Assembly (NCBI GenBank): GCA_965198115.1
Contig: OZ240241.1
Coordinates: 8,362,056 to 8,426,055 of the forward strand
Reading direction: 5' to 3'
Length of the DNA stretch: 64,000 nucleotides
Origin: Candidatus Latescibacterota bacterium
Lineage (GTDB): Bacteria; Latescibacterota; UBA2968
This document shows, one piece after another, positions 1 through 10,901 of the stretch. Numbering within the stretch: the first letter of the stretch is position 1; every line of letters starts with the position of its first letter. Below the pieces are notes generated by a model. The model made no database searches and was not told the origin of the DNA. It saw nothing but the letters and a program-made list of their open reading frames with translations. Position numbers and translations under genes: made by a program.

Positions 1-165
1 GGACACCTGATGGCGGAGCTGATCGATGGCTGCGAGAAAGGGCAAGATCACGACCGGGACCCGGTGCAGGTTACCATGCCATACTCGGGGTGCGTCCTGA
101 ACAGTGGGTTCTATTCCAGAAACCGGGAAATCAACAAGGACAGTAGTTTTTCAGTGTTGGGATGA
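1..165 (+). CDS. C-terminal end of a gene entering from the left edge, probably an FAD-dependent (DAO/sarcosine-oxidase-like) oxidoreductase
   Basis: Frame 1 reads GHLMAELIDGCEKGQDHDRDPVQV...GFYSRNREINKDSSFSVLG* with no internal stop; family call from memory of similar C-termini. Confidence 0.45.
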   Translation, partial: GHLMAELIDGCEKGQDHDRDPVQVTMPYSGCVLNSGFYSRNREINKDSSFSVLG

Positions 166-301
166 CGCATCTGAATCCTTCAGTCGACACGCCACACTCG
201 ACGTTATACGTCGCTTCGAGCGAGGCCGACCCCAAAATGCCGGAGCGTCGGCTGCGACTCAGAGCCTTCTCGATGTCGTGAATGAGGAGTAAGGAGCACG
301 C

Positions 302-1102
302 ATGCAAGAGACCATCTCGGATACACAGTGGCAGACGTTTCAAGACCTGGGGTCTGTGAGACTGGGTCGTGTGGTGACAGATGAAGAACTGGAAGAGCTG
401 CGGCGGCGAATCGACGAAATCATGCTGGGCACGGCGCCCGTGCCCTACGACCGCATCATGATGCAGCTGGATACCCGAACCGGACGCCACGAAGACATGG
501 ATCCGCAGACCAAGGGCCACAAGGGTGCGACGCTTGCCTACCGGAAAATGCAGGGACTCGAATTCGATCCTCTCTTCCTGGCCTACACGCAGAAACCTCT
601 CTTCCACCATATCTGTCAGCGAGCTTACGGCAAAGGCACGCCGATCACCACGTTTCGGGCGATGTTCATGAACAAACCCGCTCTGCAGGGAACGGTCCTG
701 CCCTGGCACCGGGACTACTTCGGCCAGATGGATCGTCCCCCCGAGATCACGATCTGGTTGGCTCTGGACAACGCGACCAGCGCGAACGGCTGCATCCAAG
801 TCCTGGCCGGCAGCCACCATCTCTACTCGGATGACAACGCCACGCTTCTCCTGGACGAAGAGCAAACCCAGGAGGTGCTTGGCGAACACACGCCGGAAGC
901 GCTTGAGTGTTCGGCCGGCCACGCCATCCTTCTGCACAACAGGTTGCTGCACACTTCTGACGTCAATCCAACGAACGAGCCCCGTCGGGCGTTCAGCGTG
1001 TGTTACATGGACGGCCGGGCAAGAGACAGCAAAGGCACGAAGTTCTCGACGATCTTCGGTCAGGGAGCCCTGGATCCGAAGACGGTGCTTGAAGAGGCTT
1101 GA
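302..1102 (+). CDS. Phytanoyl-CoA dioxygenase (PhyH) family Fe(II)/2OG dioxygenase
   Basis: WHRD (HxD), ITIWLALDNAT..NGC..V..GSH, LLHTS..N...RR motifs; RBS AAGGAG upstream. Confidence 0.9.
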   Translation: MQETISDTQWQTFQDLGSVRLGRVVTDEELEELRRRIDEIMLGTAPVPYDRIMMQLDTRTGRHEDMDPQTKGHKGATLAYRKMQGLEFDPLFLAYTQKPLFHHICQRAYGKGTPITTFRAMFMNKPALQGTVLPWHRDYFGQMDRPPEITIWLALDNATSANGCIQVLAGSHHLYSDDNATLLLDEEQTQEVLGEHTPEALECSAGHAILLHNRLLHTSDVNPTNEPRRAFSVCYMDGRARDSKGTKFSTIFGQGALDPKTVLEEA

Positions 1103-1337
1103 CTGGCTCATCCGTTGTCCAGAGTGGCCTGGCGTTCGTGAGTCGAGGACAATCATCTAACAGACAGGAACATCGAATATGTCTACGATTATGATCCGTG
1201 GAGCAAAAAGAGCCGTCCAAGAGGTCCGACCATAACCCGCAACGTGCCGCCCGGGCGTTGCTCAACCTTGTGGGATCTGAACGGCGAAGCGAGCTGACAG
1301 GCAAAACGAGCATAGCTCTTCTGGAGATGAGACGCCC

Positions 1338-2774
1338 ATGGAGGACGGCAGGGATACTGCAGGAGCACGTAACGTATATCACGAACTGCACCGTCCTCAG
1401 TTTCACTTCACGTCAACAAAGGACTGGCTCAGCGATCCCAACGGCCTGGTTTGCTACAGGGGTGAGTATCATCTGTTCTTCCAACACTGCCCCGGATTCA
1501 TCAACCACGCGCCCAATACGTGGGGCCACGCGATCAGCACCGATCTGGTTCACTGGAAACAGATCGACAATGCCATAGAACCCGATGAATACGGATACAT
1601 CTGGTCCGGTTCTGCCGTGGTGGATTGGAAGAACACGTCCGGTCTGCAACAAGGCGACGAGGCCGTGATCGTGGCTTTCTATACCACTGGAGGCTTTGGG
1701 GACCCGCCGAACCCTTGCGTCCAGGCCATGGCCTACAGCAACGACTCCGGCCGAACCTTCACCAAGTATCCAGAGCCCGTGCTCGGTCATATCCGTGCCC
1801 GCAATCGTGACCCGAAAGTCACCTGGCACGAACCCACCGGGCGATGGATTATGGCACTTTTCCTCGAAGGCGACGACTTTTCACTCTTCGGCTCTAAAGA
1901 TCTGAAGCGTTGGGACCGGCTCTGTGACGTGGAGGTAGGGGGGACCGGAGAATGCCCGGATCTTTACGAGCTGCCCGTCGACCAAGATCCGGCAAACACG
2001 CGTTGGGTCTTGTGGGGAGCAGCGGGAACTTACCGGATCGGCACCTTTGACGGCGAGACGTTCACGCCCCAAACCGATACCATCCGGTCGGAACTCGGCC
2101 CCAACGGATATGCCGCTCAGACGTGGAGCGACTTACCTGACGACGATGATCGGCGTATTCAGATCTCGTGGATGTGGAAGGGGCTGTATCCTGGCATGCC
2201 ATTCAACCAGCAGATGTCCTTCCCTGTGCAACTTTCTCTACGCACCACACCTGAGGGTATCCGTCTATTTCGCGAACCCATTCGGGAACTCGATCTTCTG
2301 CACACACGTGAACACAAGTGGAATGATCACACTCTCACCTCAGGTGACGATCGTCTTGCAGTGTTCTATCGATACGGACCTACCTGGCAGGACAAACTCC
2401 CGCACGCTGTTGCGAACATCGTCGTCGACACCGAGTGGGACCTCTTCGAGATCCGAGCAGAAATCGAGTTCGAAGGCGCCACAACGTTCGGAGCAATCAT
2501 CCACGGTAACCACCTATGCTACGAGGTGGCCGGGCGAAAGTTCACCTTTCTCGAGCACGAAATCTCGGCTGAACCCGACGACGACGGACGACTGCGTTTT
2601 CAGCTGCTCGTGGACAGGACATCTCTCGAACTTTTCGTAGGCGGTGGCAGAGTATCTGCCTCGTTTTGTTTCCTGCCCGCACCGCACGACGCGCCACTCG
2701 AGTTTTATGCGCAAGAGGGTAGCGTGCGCATCGTAACGTTGACGGTCCACGAACTGGCGTCGATCTGGAGTTAG
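1338..2774 (+). CDS. Glycoside hydrolase family 32 (beta-fructosidase/levanase-like)
   Basis: Catalytic motifs WLSDPNGL, RDPKV, ECPDL; WSGSA; C-terminal beta-sandwich DRTSLELF. Confidence 0.92.
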   Translation: MEDGRDTAGARNVYHELHRPQFHFTSTKDWLSDPNGLVCYRGEYHLFFQHCPGFINHAPNTWGHAISTDLVHWKQIDNAIEPDEYGYIWSGSAVVDWKNTSGLQQGDEAVIVAFYTTGGFGDPPNPCVQAMAYSNDSGRTFTKYPEPVLGHIRARNRDPKVTWHEPTGRWIMALFLEGDDFSLFGSKDLKRWDRLCDVEVGGTGECPDLYELPVDQDPANTRWVLWGAAGTYRIGTFDGETFTPQTDTIRSELGPNGYAAQTWSDLPDDDDRRIQISWMWKGLYPGMPFNQQMSFPVQLSLRTTPEGIRLFREPIRELDLLHTREHKWNDHTLTSGDDRLAVFYRYGPTWQDKLPHAVANIVVDTEWDLFEIRAEIEFEGATTFGAIIHGNHLCYEVAGRKFTFLEHEISAEPDDDGRLRFQLLVDRTSLELFVGGGRVSASFCFLPAPHDAPLEFYAQEGSVRIVTLTVHELASIWS

Positions 2775-2778
2775 TCCA

Positions 2779-4101
2779 ATGGGATTGACTGGGCTCAACA
2801 TCACACGGAACTCCGCCCGACTGATCGCGCCCGCCGCAGACGCCGATGGAAGAACCTATCGCTATGGAGTCGGGGCGCCGTTCCAGGTTGCGTCGGGACT
2901 TGCGGCCCTGACCATTTCTATTCGCAACGAGGGATATCCGGTCGGCGATTTCGAGAACGGCAGCGATCTGATCCTGTTCGACAACCTGGAAACCATATCG
3001 ACGGACAACGCCATCGTGCTCTGCCGGAATGATAAGTACGTGCGGGAGGACGGTGAAAAGCGGATCGGCATCAAGTACCCGATTCGGGGTGCCTTCATTC
3101 CGTTCGGTGCCCTGAAGGAAGACGGGTCACCTCACCCCCACGCCGGAACCGGTTTCGGTCTCAGCGAAGTTCTCGACTTCCCCATGTTGGGGGACGGCTA
3201 CTACGACAAAGCGCACAAGAAATCTTCTATGCTACGCCACACCCAGATCGATCAGTTCGCTTACGATGGCCAATCCTTTCGCGTGGACCAAACTGATATC
3301 TATCCCCCTGATGGAGCACTCTACGCACCGGGTTCAGAGTGGGCAATTACCGGTGGGCCGAGCCTGACCGAAGGGGTACCGGATGGTGATGACTTGCTGT
3401 TCCCGGTCATGACCATGGCTGACCCTGACGCCTGGGTGTGCAAGCGGATGTCGAGCGGGGTGACGCGGTGGAGCCGGTCTGGCGGGACCTGGCAGGTCGT
3501 GTCCTATTCGCCTGTCACGGTCGACGAGAACGTCCAGGAGGGGCGGGGCTCGGAGCATGTACCTGATGGGCAACTCTGGATGGAACCATCACTGGTCAGG
3601 GATTCGGATGGATCGCTGTTGTTCACTGCCCGCGGGGCCTACGGCGAAGTTGACAACCTGCTCAAGGTATGGCGGTCACGGGATGGAGCCGAGACCTGGG
3701 AAGAGATCATCGTGATTCCCAATGGGAAAGCGCAGTCCACCATCTGTTTGGGTCGCCTGGCGGATGGGCGTCCCTACATTGTCGCCAACGAGTACGGTCG
3801 GGAGCGGGACAAACTCTGCGTATGGCCTTTAAACGACGCCCGCGACGGGCTGATGGATCCTGTGACCGCCCGGGATGCGCTGGAAGAATTCGGTCCTCCG
3901 CCGAGCGGCATCGTGTGGTTCATGGATCATCCGGCCAGCAGCACCGTGCAGTTCGGCGATGGAACGTGGCACCACCTGCTTTCGTACCGCATCATGGATA
4001 GGGGTGAGCACGCGGGAGAAGACCCGCCGCCGCAAAGCGGACAATACGTTGAAGAAGTGACGAATGGGGCAACGCCAAAGCCCGTGTGGCGTTTCGAATA
4101 A
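2779..4101 (+). CDS. BNR/Asp-box beta-propeller protein (sialidase-like)
   Basis: MEPSLVR and WRSRDGAETW Asp-box; 4 bp downstream of the GH32 stop. Confidence 0.6.
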   Translation: MGLTGLNITRNSARLIAPAADADGRTYRYGVGAPFQVASGLAALTISIRNEGYPVGDFENGSDLILFDNLETISTDNAIVLCRNDKYVREDGEKRIGIKYPIRGAFIPFGALKEDGSPHPHAGTGFGLSEVLDFPMLGDGYYDKAHKKSSMLRHTQIDQFAYDGQSFRVDQTDIYPPDGALYAPGSEWAITGGPSLTEGVPDGDDLLFPVMTMADPDAWVCKRMSSGVTRWSRSGGTWQVVSYSPVTVDENVQEGRGSEHVPDGQLWMEPSLVRDSDGSLLFTARGAYGEVDNLLKVWRSRDGAETWEEIIVIPNGKAQSTICLGRLADGRPYIVANEYGRERDKLCVWPLNDARDGLMDPVTARDALEEFGPPPSGIVWFMDHPASSTVQFGDGTWHHLLSYRIMDRGEHAGEDPPPQSGQYVEEVTNGATPKPVWRFE

Positions 4102-4174
4102 TTCGGATGAAGTTGCGGTGTGCCGTGCTAGCCTCCGCCGGCACTTGGCGTTGGATTCCGTTGGAATCACCTGA

Positions 4175-5356
4175 CTACCCCTTCTCCTTCAAACGGCAGC
4201 AGCGCACGTAGGTGACGTACTCTTCGGTCACGTAGAAGGCCACGACAATCGTGCCGTCCGAAAGCTGAGTGACTGACGGCGTGCCGAAGGTGAAATGGTG
4301 GTAGGAGTCGAGGACGTTCTCCACCAGATCGCGTCGCTTCGTCAGAATGGGCGCATTGCGCACGCGCGCCGGTTCGACACCCCAAAGCTCGACGCAATTC
4401 CCCTCATCGAAGCTTACGCCGCCGTCTTCTGAGAGGGCGGCGCGCACGCCCAACGGCTCACGACGGTGGTTGGTCACAGCGATGACCCGACCGCTCTGAA
4501 GCCCGTGCACGTCGGTCACCTGCCCCCAGAATCCAGCGTCGCCGGGTTCGCTCCAGGTGTCCCCGCCGTCGGTAGATCGAGCGGTGTGGACGTTCACGCC
4601 GACATCCTCATTCATGTCGTGGGTCCAGTAGGCGGCCACCAGCGTATCGTCAGGCAGCCGCGTCAGTCGCAGGTCGAAGAAGTAGAGCCCGTCATCACCC
4701 GGCCCTTGAATGCGGCGCCAGGGCTCCCAGGTGTGGCCGCCATCGACCGACTTCGTCATCGTGGCCGCCCAATCCGGTTTTTCATCGTCGGGATTCCCTC
4801 CCCACTCCCCGGCGGCGATCATCGTGCCGTCTGTCAGCGTCACGAGGTTGCCACCCGGCCCCAGGTGATCGAAAGGGGTGCTGTCGATCCGCTCGAGCGC
4901 AGACCAACTGCTGCCGCCATCACGCGAGCGCCCCACCATCTGCCCTTCACTTTCGCTCCCGGGATAGCGCGCGCAGGCGAGGGTCTCGCCGTCAGCGGTG
5001 ATCCCGAATCCCCCCGGGAGGCGCATCCCTTCTGCGACATTCTGCGGCTCCGGCAAATCGCCTGCCCGCTCCCAGGACACACCTCCGTCGGTCGATCGGT
5101 GGATGACAACCACCCCGTCGTTGCTCTCGCGCGCAGTACCGTGCCGGCACATGCACAGCAGCGTGTCGTTCGGGAGCGCTTGAATCGCCGGAAACGCCAC
5201 GTATTCGCTGGCCAAATTGGGATGGAGATTGCGATAGATGGGGCTGTGCCCCAGAACTTCGAGCGTCGCCACGTTCACACTCCAGTCGTCAGGTAACCTT
5301 GCACGTACGCGTTCAAAGAAAAGGCGTTCCGGGTAGGGTCCGTTCCGGAACGCCAT
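4175..5356 (-). CDS. Exo-alpha-sialidase-like BNR-repeat protein
   Basis: Five Asp-boxes (RSTDGGVSW, RSRDGGSSW, KSVDGGHTW, RSTDGGDTW, LSEDGGVSF), AFP motif and FGTPSVTQL; true start may be the downstream GTG (VATLEV). Confidence 0.82.
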   Translation of the reverse strand: MAFRNGPYPERLFFERVRARLPDDWSVNVATLEVLGHSPIYRNLHPNLASEYVAFPAIQALPNDTLLCMCRHGTARESNDGVVVIHRSTDGGVSWERAGDLPEPQNVAEGMRLPGGFGITADGETLACARYPGSESEGQMVGRSRDGGSSWSALERIDSTPFDHLGPGGNLVTLTDGTMIAAGEWGGNPDDEKPDWAATMTKSVDGGHTWEPWRRIQGPGDDGLYFFDLRLTRLPDDTLVAAYWTHDMNEDVGVNVHTARSTDGGDTWSEPGDAGFWGQVTDVHGLQSGRVIAVTNHRREPLGVRAALSEDGGVSFDEGNCVELWGVEPARVRNAPILTKRRDLVENVLDSYHHFTFGTPSVTQLSDGTIVVAFYVTEEYVTYVRCCRLKEKG

Positions 5357-5384
5357 CGGGTTCAGTGCGGGAAGTCACGCCTGT

Positions 5385-6083
5385 CTACTTGCCCGCCTTC
5401 ACACTGTCGGCAAGGGCATTGGCTCGATCCGTTGAGAACGGAAAGTAATCGAGCACATCATACTCCCACACGTTGGTCGGAAAGATGACGACCAGTTCGG
5501 CCACTTCTTCATCCAGATTCTGGAAGGAATGAGGTACCATGGGAGGAATATTGACCATGTACGGCCCTTCGATGACGAAGATCTCGTCACCCAGCGCGTA
5601 GAGGATCTTCTGACCCTCTTTGACGAGAACGTGGGCTTCCTCCCCAATGTGCGTGTGCATCGGGGGTGCGCCTCCATGAGCCGTATACGTGATCCCGATC
5701 GTCAGGTTGCGGTATCCGTGGCGCTGCCCCTCCATCACGTGGACGTACTCACCGGGCCCGGGGTTGATGACGGCCAGGTCTTTCTTGGCGAGGGCGAAAT
5801 CCTCGATGGAATCCATCGCCGGCTTCTCGAAGCGGCCCGGAATCCTGCGTGTTTCTATCACACCGTGCGGGTGATGCTGCCTGTGGAGCGCCATCCTCGC
5901 TTCGTCGATGTTCGAGATCGACTCACCGTGCTCGATCCGGTGCCCGGGCTCCGCATCTTTTTCTGAATACGTGACGGTCGGCTCCGGGGGCAGGTGTTTT
6001 TCGTGTGAGATAGATTCCGATGTGAACCATGTCGTCAGCCCGACAAATACGGCGAATGTGCGCATGATGGCTCGAGAAGACAA
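5385..6083 (-). CDS. Secreted cupin-domain protein
   Basis: Signal-peptide-like N-terminus; cupin motifs PPMHTH..EE and IPPMVPHSFQN. Confidence 0.75.
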   Translation of the reverse strand: MSSRAIMRTFAVFVGLTTWFTSESISHEKHLPPEPTVTYSEKDAEPGHRIEHGESISNIDEARMALHRQHHPHGVIETRRIPGRFEKPAMDSIEDFALAKKDLAVINPGPGEYVHVMEGQRHGYRNLTIGITYTAHGGAPPMHTHIGEEAHVLVKEGQKILYALGDEIFVIEGPYMVNIPPMVPHSFQNLDEEVAELVVIFPTNVWEYDVLDYFPFSTDRANALADSVKAGK

Positions 6084-6333
6084 GCTACCTCCTTTTGTCG
6101 TGGGTTAACGGCGTGACTTCTGTCTATCGCAGTTCGCGGATCGAAAATAGCGACTGGTGTCACTCAAGCAAGTGGTTTAACTGCCAACGCATCCCTCTCG
6201 GAATTCATCGAGAAGATCGTACGGGGCGACCTCTTTGACGACGGGATCTACGGCATCCGCGGTGATTTAATCCCATTCAGCTCGAAAAGACCTGCCGATT
6301 TGGTTGAGCTCGGTACTAATTAGGAGGAAATCC

Positions 6334-7215
6334 ATGGATGAAACCACAGTCCCCGAAATCGATCCTGACGAAATCATCGATTTCATGAACATTGACCGGA
6401 CAGATTTCGAATCATTCACTCAGGCGCAGCAAATCCGTCATTTCGAGCTGGAAGGCTATGTTGTGCTACCTGACGTGCTGGACGTCGACCACATTGCGCG
6501 GCTCAAAGCAGAACTTGCCGATGTGCCCACGGAACCCAGGCCCTATAGCGAGTACCAGACGAGTGCGATCACGCAGCCCCAATGGATGAGTCCTGCGGTG
6601 GCTGAGCTAATTGGACATCCTCCCACGATCGAATTTCTCACGGTGCTGATGGGACCAGATATCGTATTCACGCGAGGCGTCTTTCAGCGCACACATCCTG
6701 GCTCGCCCGGAATCTCGATGCACACCGACGGCCAGCCCTTCGGGTCGTCAATTTTTGACTATGAGGGCAGCTCGCCTCGATTGTTGCGGGTCCTTTATTA
6801 CCTGGACGACCTCATCCCGAAGCGAGCGCCGTTTCGACTCATCCCGCGGAGCCACCTTTCATTCCACGCGCAGGCTAACCCGTACGTGCGCTACAAGTCC
6901 CATCCCGAAGAGATTACCCTGTGCCTGAAGGCCGGGTCGGCGGTGATCATCCCGAGCACGCTTTTTCACGCCACCCACCCGAACACGGACGGCTCACCGA
7001 GAGAACTCATTCAGCTTGGTTACCGACCCGCTTGGGCGGGCCCCATCCAGCCGATGGAGGAGTGGGACTCTGAATTGATCGACGACGCGCCCGAGCAGGC
7101 CAAGCCATTCCTGCAGAGTCTCAACACGACCGGTGGCGTCTGGGGACTGGAACATAAGCCAAAGGGGATGAAGACCGAAGCACACGGGATCAATCCGAGT
7201 CGATGGGACACTTGA
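6334..7215 (+). CDS. PhyH-family dioxygenase
   Basis: MHTDG (HxD), LYYLDDL, LFHATHPN; AGGAGG RBS before ATG at 6334. Confidence 0.88.
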   Translation: MDETTVPEIDPDEIIDFMNIDRTDFESFTQAQQIRHFELEGYVVLPDVLDVDHIARLKAELADVPTEPRPYSEYQTSAITQPQWMSPAVAELIGHPPTIEFLTVLMGPDIVFTRGVFQRTHPGSPGISMHTDGQPFGSSIFDYEGSSPRLLRVLYYLDDLIPKRAPFRLIPRSHLSFHAQANPYVRYKSHPEEITLCLKAGSAVIIPSTLFHATHPNTDGSPRELIQLGYRPAWAGPIQPMEEWDSELIDDAPEQAKPFLQSLNTTGGVWGLEHKPKGMKTEAHGINPSRWDT

Positions 7216-7357
7216 GCGAGGGTGATTTCTTTGGCCCATCCCCAAACTGCCACCGTAGGTTATTCCGAGTGTCAGACTCTGCTTTGCTCCAGAGAAACCT
7301 GCTGCGCAGGTTCGGGCACTCTTGTGGCATGCCTCAACCTCCAATGACCAATAGACA

Positions 7358-8176
7358 ATGAGAACAGTGTCTCAATCCACCAGGATTTTTGACGGTGTTT
7401 CGCTTGAATACGATGCCTTCCGATTGGCTACCCCGAGGCGGGTGCCTGATCTGCTCACGCAAATACTGGGACGTCGGCCGGGTCTGGTCGTGGACCTGGG
7501 CGCAGGCACAGGACTCTCGACATTCGTGTGGGAGGCCTCGGCTGACCGCATAATCGGTATCGAGCCGAACGCCGAAATGCGAGCCATCGCCGCGTCGAAG
7601 GCACGGGGCAAGGATCGAGTCGAGTTCCGAAAGGGTGACTCTGGGTGCACTGGCATCCCCGAAGGTGGGGTAGACATCGTGGTGTCCACGAGCGCCCTGC
7701 ACTGGATGGATCCGGAGGTTACCCTCCCGGAGGTCGCCAGAATCCTTCGAAGAGATGGGGTGTTTGCAGGCCTAACCGAGATTGGATGTCCAACCGTACA
7801 TCCTGCCCTCGAAGTTACCTATCAAGAAGTAGCAGCAGCGGCCTCCAGACTTGGCAGGGAACGGAAACTATGGAGAGAAGTCCCGATATGGTATCTAGAT
7901 GACTACTTGGAGTGTGTCACAAAATCAGGATACTTCGCCTACACAAAAGAGATTCTCTTCCACGAGGAAATTGTGCGGAGCGCGGAACAATTCGTCGGGT
8001 GGGTTCGAAGCGTTGGAGCCGTAAGAGGGGCACTGCGGGAGGGAATCACGGAAGGGGAAATCGGACTTCCTGGACTCGAGAAGATGTCGCAGGTGCTCAT
8101 AGGGGAGACCAGTCGGTGGCACATTAGCTACCGGATGATCGTGGGGGCAAGAGCCGTTCAAGAGGTCCGCGCATAG
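7358..8176 (+). CDS. Class I SAM-dependent methyltransferase
   Basis: VVDLGAGTG, GIEPN, VDIVVSTSALHW, EVARILR..G. Confidence 0.88.
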   Translation: MRTVSQSTRIFDGVSLEYDAFRLATPRRVPDLLTQILGRRPGLVVDLGAGTGLSTFVWEASADRIIGIEPNAEMRAIAASKARGKDRVEFRKGDSGCTGIPEGGVDIVVSTSALHWMDPEVTLPEVARILRRDGVFAGLTEIGCPTVHPALEVTYQEVAAAASRLGRERKLWREVPIWYLDDYLECVTKSGYFAYTKEILFHEEIVRSAEQFVGWVRSVGAVRGALREGITEGEIGLPGLEKMSQVLIGETSRWHISYRMIVGARAVQEVRA

Positions 8177-9483
8177 CACGAGCCAAGGTTCCGCCGGTGC
8201 AGGTCTTTGCACAACCTGTGGATGGCTGTCTGAACAGCGCAACGATGCTTGCCCGACGTGATAACCACTTACGGAGACGGGACGCTCATGGGGAAGGCTG
8301 GACCACGGCAGGGTATCGTGGCGAGTGCTTCGGCGAGGTCGTCTTTGTCACGATTGGTGCTACGATAGGTGGGTTGCTCGCTCTGTTTCCGTATTACAAC
8401 TGTGGAGCTTCCCCGGGGACTTCACGTTTCCAGATTCTTCGGTCTCAGCTCTACGTGTCCGTCGCAACCCTGTATGGCCCGGGGGCAGTCGATGTATTCC
8501 AAGAAGTTTGCTCTCCATCATGAATCGCACATAGCCTTTGCGTACGACAAGTGTGGGTCAGCTCTTGCGAGCTCATCGGGGCCAACGTTAGGAGTCCAAC
8601 GTAGAGCTGTACTGGAGGAGCACTGACCGTGCTGAATTCGAACGCTCGAACGATGCGATACTCTCGATCAAGGACAGATAGATGGCAATGGTAGAGTTGA
8701 ACCAGGTCGAGCCGCTTCAGGATGTGACGGGGTTGCTGAGTGCGCCGGAGGTAATGAGAGAACGGGCAGATCGTGACGGACTGCTGTTCTTTCGCGGGCT
8801 ACTGGATCCTGATAAGGTGAACGGGTTGCGATCCCAGATTCTATCGGTCTGCGACAAGCACGGGTGGATCGAAGAGGAAACGGACACTGATGACGGGACC
8901 GCCAATCTCGAGGCGACGGTTGTCGAGAGTCGTGATCCGAGGTGGATCGCGTTCTACAAGACCTTCAACGGGTTCGCGATTTCCACGCGCTCGCGCTTGA
9001 CCCGGCGATCATCAACGCGCTTGAAGTGCTCTTCGGGGAATCCGTTCTACCCCATAGCCGAAACATCTGCCGCGTCGTGTTTCCCGATACCGCGACGCAC
9101 TCGACGCCCCCTCATCAGGACAATCTGTATATCGGCGGATCCGAGCAGACGTGGACGGTGTGGATTCCGTGCGGGGACGTGCCCGTGACACTCGGAGGTC
9201 TTGCCGCCGGCAAGGGGACACACAACCTCGGCAAGCTGAAAGACGTCGAGGCTCAGGGGCCCGGAGGGAGGCAGGTTGAAGTCGACGACGAGGTAGTTTG
9301 GGTCAACGGCGACTACGCGTGCGGCGACGCCATCTTCCTGCATAGCCTGACCGTTCACCAGGGCTGTGACAACCTGAGTGGGAATCAGCTGAGAGTATCG
9401 TTGGACTACAGGTATCAGCCAAGTAGCCATCCCGTTCGGTCGGATTCGCTGCTACCCCACATGGGATGGTTGACCTGGGACGA

Positions 9484-10774
9484 GGTGTTGTGCCTATCGT
9501 AGTTGAAACTTAGAGGGCTCCAAACTTACGTTGGGTAGACGTGTAGGAGCGTATACCCGTAAGAGTTGATCCCGTTGGGTCTGGAGGCAGTGGCAGACCT
9601 CCTCCAGCAGGAGGTCGAGCAGCTCGCAGGCGTTCGGTATGCGCGCAAAGGTTCGGAGCAGGCGCATCGTCGGTGGGGAAGCCAGAAGGGATCCGTGTAT
9701 CTGATGGACCAGAAGCTCCCGTTAGACGTTCCCCGGGTGCGCGACGTCGAGGCCGACGCAGAGGTTTCCCTGGCTGCATACCGGGCTCTACAGACGCCCA
9801 AGAAGACGGACGAGGGGCTGTTGCTTCGTGTTCTCAAGGGGATCTCGTGCCGCAACTACAAGGCCTGTGCCGAATCGGTTCCAGAAGCGTTTGGTATCTC
9901 AGCGTCCTCCGTCTCGCGGCGGTTCATCAAAGCCACCGCGAAGAAGCGGAAGCAGTTCCAGGAGCGTCCCCTCGACGACTACGGCTTCGTGACCCTCTTC
10001 ATTGACGGAAAGAGCTTTGCCGACGAAGAGATCGTGATCGCTCTGGGGGTCACGATGGACGGCCAGAAGATCCCCCTGGGCTTCGTCGAATCGGCGACGG
10101 AGAACGAACGGATCTGCCGCCAGCTGATCCAGGACCTCATCCGGAGAGGCCTGTGCTACGACCAGGGCCTTCTCGTTGTGCTTGACGGCTCAAAGGGACT
10201 CCGCAGTGCTGTCACCAAAGCCCTCAAAGGGTATGTGCGCGTTCATCGCTGTCAGTGGCACAAGCGCGAGAATGTCGTCAGCTATCTCCCGGAGAGGGAA
10301 CGTCCAAGAGTTCGACGGAAGCTCCAGAAAGCCTATGACTGCGACACCTACGAGGAGGCAAAGGCCGCACTCGAATCACTTAAACCCGAACTGAAGCTGA
10401 TGAATCAGTCTGCCGTAACGAGCCTCGAGGAAGGCCTGGAGGAAACCCTGACCCTCCACCGGCTGGGTATGCTCCCATTCCTGAAACGAAGCTTCCGAAC
10501 CACCAACTGCATCGAAGCCCTCAACAGCATGACCGGCGAGCTCACTCGGAAGGTCAGACGCTGGAACAACTCTCCCCAGAGACACAGATGGGTGGCTGCC
10601 GCACTCCTCGACATCGAACCTCGCCTGCGACGCGTGAGCGGATACAAACATCTTCCCCTACTCAGGCAAGCACTGAACAAAGATCTGAATCTCGATAACG
10701 AACAGAATGCTCAAAAGAGAGCCTGACCAAACTACGGGGCCCGATGAGTTTTCAACTGACTATGGGACTTGACC
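9484..10774 (+). mobile_element. IS256-family element
   Basis: Imperfect terminal IRs (GGTGTTGTGCCTATCGTAGTTGAAA / rc GGTCAAGTCCCATAGTCAGTTGAAA); 8-bp TSD TGGGACGA at 9476-9483 and 10775-10782. Confidence 0.9.
9566..10726 (+). CDS. IS256-family DDE transposase (start uncertain, N-terminus possibly lost)
   Basis: FIDGK, VVLDGSKGL, RCQWHKRENV, RTTNCIEALN. Confidence 0.88.
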   Translation: MIPLGLEAVADLLQQEVEQLAGVRYARKGSEQAHRRWGSQKGSVYLMDQKLPLDVPRVRDVEADAEVSLAAYRALQTPKKTDEGLLLRVLKGISCRNYKACAESVPEAFGISASSVSRRFIKATAKKRKQFQERPLDDYGFVTLFIDGKSFADEEIVIALGVTMDGQKIPLGFVESATENERICRQLIQDLIRRGLCYDQGLLVVLDGSKGLRSAVTKALKGYVRVHRCQWHKRENVVSYLPERERPRVRRKLQKAYDCDTYEEAKAALESLKPELKLMNQSAVTSLEEGLEETLTLHRLGMLPFLKRSFRTTNCIEALNSMTGELTRKVRRWNNSPQRHRWVAAALLDIEPRLRRVSGYKHLPLLRQALNKDLNLDNEQNAQKRA

Positions 10775-10901
10775 TGGGACGATGTCTACGAAAAGTGGGA
10801 CGAATCGGATCCGGTGAGGCGATACTGGGAGGGCTGGGACCTGGATGTGTTCGAGTGTGAAAGTTGAGCGTGATCAATAGCTGCTTTTGGAGGGGACCTG
10901 C

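Larger units (their letters stand above)
8682..10867 (+). pseudogene. PhyH-family dioxygenase with a frameshift and an IS256 insertion
   Basis: Frameshift near 8958 (WIAFY/DLQRVRDFH); PPHQD and HSLTVH motifs; removing the IS restores ...WLTWDDVYEKWDESDPVRRYWEGWDLDVFECES* (TGA 10865-10867). Confidence 0.85.
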
